64,000 nt of DNA. Source: Amphiscolops sp. MND2022 (Eukaryota). Positions 59,901 to 64,000 of the stretch are shown here, one piece after another. The stretch lies in the NCBI GenBank assembly GCA_964187785.1, contig OZ076409.1, positions 24,616,001 through 24,680,000 on the forward strand. The letters are read 5' to 3'. The position numbers were made by a program, and so were the translations under genes. The first letter of the stretch is position 1, and each line of letters begins with the position of its first letter. The notes below the pieces were generated by a model. It was not told where the DNA came from. It worked only from the letters and a program-made list of their open reading frames with translations, and did not search any database.

Positions 59901-62736
59901 CTTTTTAACAACGGTTTGAGTACTCGATGATCAGTTAACAAGTTGACTTTCTTCCCGTAGACGTAATATCTGAAATACTCTAACCCCCATAAGATCCTAG
60001 TAATTCTAGTTCATTAATAGCGTATATCCTCTCACAATCAGTGAGGAATCTACTAGCGAATGCGACTGGTCTGAATATTTTTTTTTCTTTTTGCCAGAGT
60101 GTTGCCCCGAGCTCCGTATTGCAAGCGTCTGTCGTCACGTAGTTATCTTTCTTTGGGTCGAAGTGGGCAAAGCATGGCGATTCTGTTATCTCTTTCTTCA
60201 AATTCTCGAAATCTTCATCTGTTTCGGGTGTCCACTCCCAAGGGGTTTCTTTCTTCAACAATTTTCTCATTCTGTCAGTCTTCTTGGACAAGTTGTTTAT
60301 GAATTTTGACAAATGTTGTATCGAACTCAAGAAGGATTTGAGTTCTTTGGCATTCTTTGGGGCACTGAATTTCTTTATTGCTTCTTTTTTGTCTTTTATC
60401 GACTTTACTCCGCTTTGAATTTTGTGGTAACCCAACCATGTTAGTTCTTGCTTGAAAAGTTCGGTTTTCTTTTCGCTTGCTCTGTATCCAGCGTTTTGTA
60501 ACTTGTTGAGTACTTCCCGTACTTCTTGTTCGTGTTCGTCAATTGTACCGTTGGTTAGACAAATAATGTCATCTAGCCAGACCGGTGTTTTAAAGTCCAG
60601 CACTTTGTCGATATGCTCTTTAAATACGGTTGGCATATCCGAAAGCCCATAAAAGCCTTTCTTAAATCGGTAGTGGCCCGTGAAGTCTCCTCCAATTATT
60701 GAGAACACGCAGTGTTTTGCTGCTACTTTGGATAGTTTTGCCTGCCCATAAGTGTAACCCACGTCAATCTTTGACATCCAAATTTCTCCGTAGTTTTTTG
60801 TAATTTCTGCCGATGTTTTACTAATTAGTTTTTCCATGTTTGGCATTGCCGCCTTTCTCTTGACACATGCTTCGTTTAGTTTCTTAAATCAAGTGCTGTT
60901 TTTACGGATTTGTCCTATTCTGTGGTGATAAAGGCCGGTAAGACAAAACAATTTTCCGTGGTTTTATCTGCTTTCTCTAGGTGTCCTTTTTCAATCAGCT
61001 TTTCCAACTCATTTTTGACCGTTTTTTGAAAATGTATTGGTACAGGTCGTCCCTTTTGTTGTATTGGTTTTGTACCTTTTTTCAGTTGGATGTCAATTGT
61101 CAGATCTTTGATTGTGTGATTGTTTTTGAATAAGTCTTCGAATTCGTTTATGATCTTCTGTCGTCTTCCGTCAGTTACGATATGTCGGATAATAATCGTG
61201 TTTTTGTTTCCTTGTAATCCAATTTCCAGGTTGTCCAACCAGTCCAATCCCAGCAAGGGTTGGTGTTTTTCGTTTCAGTAATTAATAAGGGTAGGACTAC
61301 TTTGCTTTTTTCCGTTTTCACTTCCACCATGGCCTCACTTTTGAATTTTTTCGGGTTTTTGTTTACATCTACAAAACTTTTTGTGGTTTTGTGTACTTCT
61401 ATTGGACTAATTACCGGCGGCATTATCGTCACTGGAGAGCCAGTGTCAATAATGTATTCGATTGGCGGTCCTCGGACCAATAGTATCGCTTCAAGTCTTT
61501 CCGGTTGATGACGTTGACGGATTGAATGTGGTCGATTTTTGGCAATGATTCGGTGTTGCTGTCCGTTGATGGTTCTTTTTGGATCCGACTGACGGTCTTG
61601 GATTTGCACACTTTGGCAAAATGTCCCATTTTCTTGCAGTTATTGCATTGTGCTCGCCGTGCTGGGCAGATGTGTTCCAATGACCAATTTGGTTTGCCGC
61701 AAAAGTGACAGTTACGGTTCGATAGCTTCTTCTTCCCCGTTTCGGTTGTCTTTCGTTTCCGTGCTGGGTGTCTTTAAGCGACTTGTTCTCCGCTTGACGA
61801 GCTATCGGATGGAAGTTTTCTGTGTTTTGTGTTCAACTTCTTTTCTCCGTATTTGCGTTGTAGTTGTCCTGTTGTATTGTAGTTGTCCTGTTCGATGGTT
61901 TCAAGGACCATTTGGAGTTTTAATGGCCCTTTTATGTATTTGTCTCGGGATTTTTTGTCATTGATGGTTGCTGCGACTTTTTACTTGATAATCTCTTCTG
62001 GTGTGATTCTAGTGAATTCGCATTTTCTTTCGATGTCAACAAATCTTTTTCAGTATTCATCTAATGTTTCGCTGTCCTCTTGTTTGAAGTTAAAGAATTG
62101 GGCTCGACTGTGAAAAACATTTCTCGCGGGTATGAATGTTTTCTTGAATCGTTTCAATAGTTCTGATAGGTCGACGTCTTTCAGCTCTCTGCCCCAATGA
62201 AATCTCATAATTTCGTGTTTGGCTTAGTGCCCAAGTAACACCTCCCTTGATGTGATACACGGTATTTGGGTCCATTTGATCGGTGCCTTGGTCCATCATT
62301 TCGTCTAAATTCCGATTGTACTTAAGATGTATGTACTCGGAAATTTGTTCCCACCACATTCGTGGGTTTATTTTTGTCAAATCAGTTTCTGTGTCCAATA
62401 AAATTGGGATTTTGTACTTGTTCGTCTCCAGTCGGTCGCTGTTGTCTGGTTCATCATCGTTCGATTCACGGCCAGTTGGGCCGGTTGTACCGAAATATTC
62501 GGGTCTGAGTGGGTGTCCATTAGATTGCTGACTGCGCCATGTAATTGACCAATGGATAAGTAAGAAGTTGAATTAAAAGCTAGAATCTCAACATTAATGT
62601 ACGTTACAAGATTCGTGTGTACTATACGATCAACTGTGTCAAAACGTAGCACTGGCACAAAATGTTCTGTGGTAAGAATGTTTCTATGGCAGGTACTTTG
62701 AACCTAAATGGCCATATGAATGGCATCTTCGTCTCA
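56961..62736 (-). mobile_element. Ty3/Gypsy LTR retrotransposon, Mag-like, heavily decayed
   Basis: LTRs at 56961-57156 and 62540-62736, perfect TSD CAGTT. PBS TGGCGCAGTCAGC (62527-62539, tRNA-Ser-like) and PPT at 57157-57168. Gag knuckle CNNCKKMGHFAKVC, PR IIDTGSPVT, RT WLDD, RH TTDACNTELG, IN TPFQLHFGRKPRT. Confidence 0.95.
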
Positions 62737-62859
62737 CAGTTTTTTTTTAAATTTTTGCTTAAGACTTCCACTGAAATGGAAACTTTTTTGTTCAACTAAA
62801 CGACAGACTCGAAGCGCATCTAAATTAGTGGAAAGGGGCACCCATATAATTTTCTTCTT

Positions 62860-63050
62860 TTTAAATGTAACATACGAAACCGGACGAGACCAAAGGGATC
62901 CCCTTTTCGATTTTTTTTTCGGCGCTGCGACCTTTTTTGAAAGTTTTTCATTGCTTACGAAGGGTCCCCCTTCAATTTTTTTTGACACTTCGCCAGAGAA
63001 TGGATGTTACAAAATCCCAGAGGGTCCCTTCTTTCCCATTTTTCGGCATT
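62860..63050 (+). mobile_element. Internal fragment of the Helentron-type repeat
   Basis: GAGACCAAAGGGATCCCC, AAGGGTCCCCCTTC and TTTTTCGGCATTG modules; termini not found. Confidence 0.5.
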
Positions 63051-64000
63051 GAGATTTGTCAAAATGATTTTTTTGTCTAGTATTCTCAATATCATCAATA
63101 TACATCCTCCTACGTTTGTTTTTCAAAACTTTTAACCATTCAAACTTTTTTGTTTAACGTTCATATTCTCTGCATTTCAAGTACGTTTTCTTTGTTTCTT
63201 CCCTGAACTCACGAAGGTATCGAGAGCTAACTGATTTACATTCGATTGTTGATTTATTTTTTTCTCGACAATACACGACAACAGTTCAAAAAAAATGCTC
63301 AATAGAAAAGTACAAATAACTCTTAGCCAGGAATGCAACAGTTACAAAATATGAACAATTGCAATTTAATTCAAATCATTTCGGCGGCAAAATCCCGGTT
63401 GATGTATTTCGAACTGAAAATGCGTTTTCTGCTTGTTTTTCTTGACGCATTTAATAGGTTTCCAACAGCCCAAAGTAATCCTTGTAGCTGTATCGATGGG
63501 AATATTTCTCCTCAGATATGTTTCTGTTGAAGCGAAAATTTTTTTACACCCACACGGTCCTTCAATTCTATCGAGAACTATTCAGAATCAGGAATCTTCC
63601 AATGTAAACTATCAAGAACATTTTCGCTATGACTTCCCACAGAGTCAGTGTTATTTTCTAACGTGAGGGAAAAGACGCCAAATAAGGGGCCACTTTCTGG
63701 AACTTTGCAAATTATCATGTGCTCAAGAACAATTATTTCAGAAGCGAAAAACTTCCTAGTGCTACCTTCAGGTTTTAGATTTCATTCTGACGTGAAACCT
63801 CGGTTTAAATTTTATACGAAAGGTACTTCAATTATTGACGTGTCAACACTGAGTAGAGAGAGCTTTGAACTATTCGCCTTCAAAGAATTTTCATGGCTCT
63901 CGATAAATCTGCCTCAGTGAAATTAGCAACACTTATGGAATTAAGAAGAGTCTCAAAATGAAAGTCTTATTTCCATAAAAAGATTTTTTAAATCTCGGGG

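Overview
AT-rich animal (invertebrate) nuclear DNA that is mostly nested transposable elements. Two host genes are recognisable: the last three coding exons of mitochondrial ribosomal protein MRPL40 (+, 70-11451) and an intronless rhodopsin-class GPCR (+, 39446-40750). The TEs are two decayed Mag-like Gypsy elements (3430-8847, 56961-62736), a Tc1 (DD34E) element (13279-15533), about ten Helentron-type non-autonomous repeats, CR1-like LINE and BEL/Pao fragments, a 1.9-kb solo LTR, and a young 17-kb Gypsy element (15925-32971; 1825-bp LTRs, CTGGA TSD). The 17-kb element is the highlight. Between pol and its 3' LTR it carries (i) an antisense, five-exon gene of ~1050 aa resembling a BED-finger hAT transposase with degenerate catalytic motifs, (ii) a sense ~315-aa accessory ORF running into the 3' LTR, and (iii) arrays of one palindromic C(A/C)GCATA motif in both LTRs, between the two accessory genes and in an intron. 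This suggests a retrotransposon that domesticated a DNA-transposon protein together with its binding sites. Its gag also starts ~560 nt inside the LTR. All homology calls come from motif recognition by eye, not from database searches.
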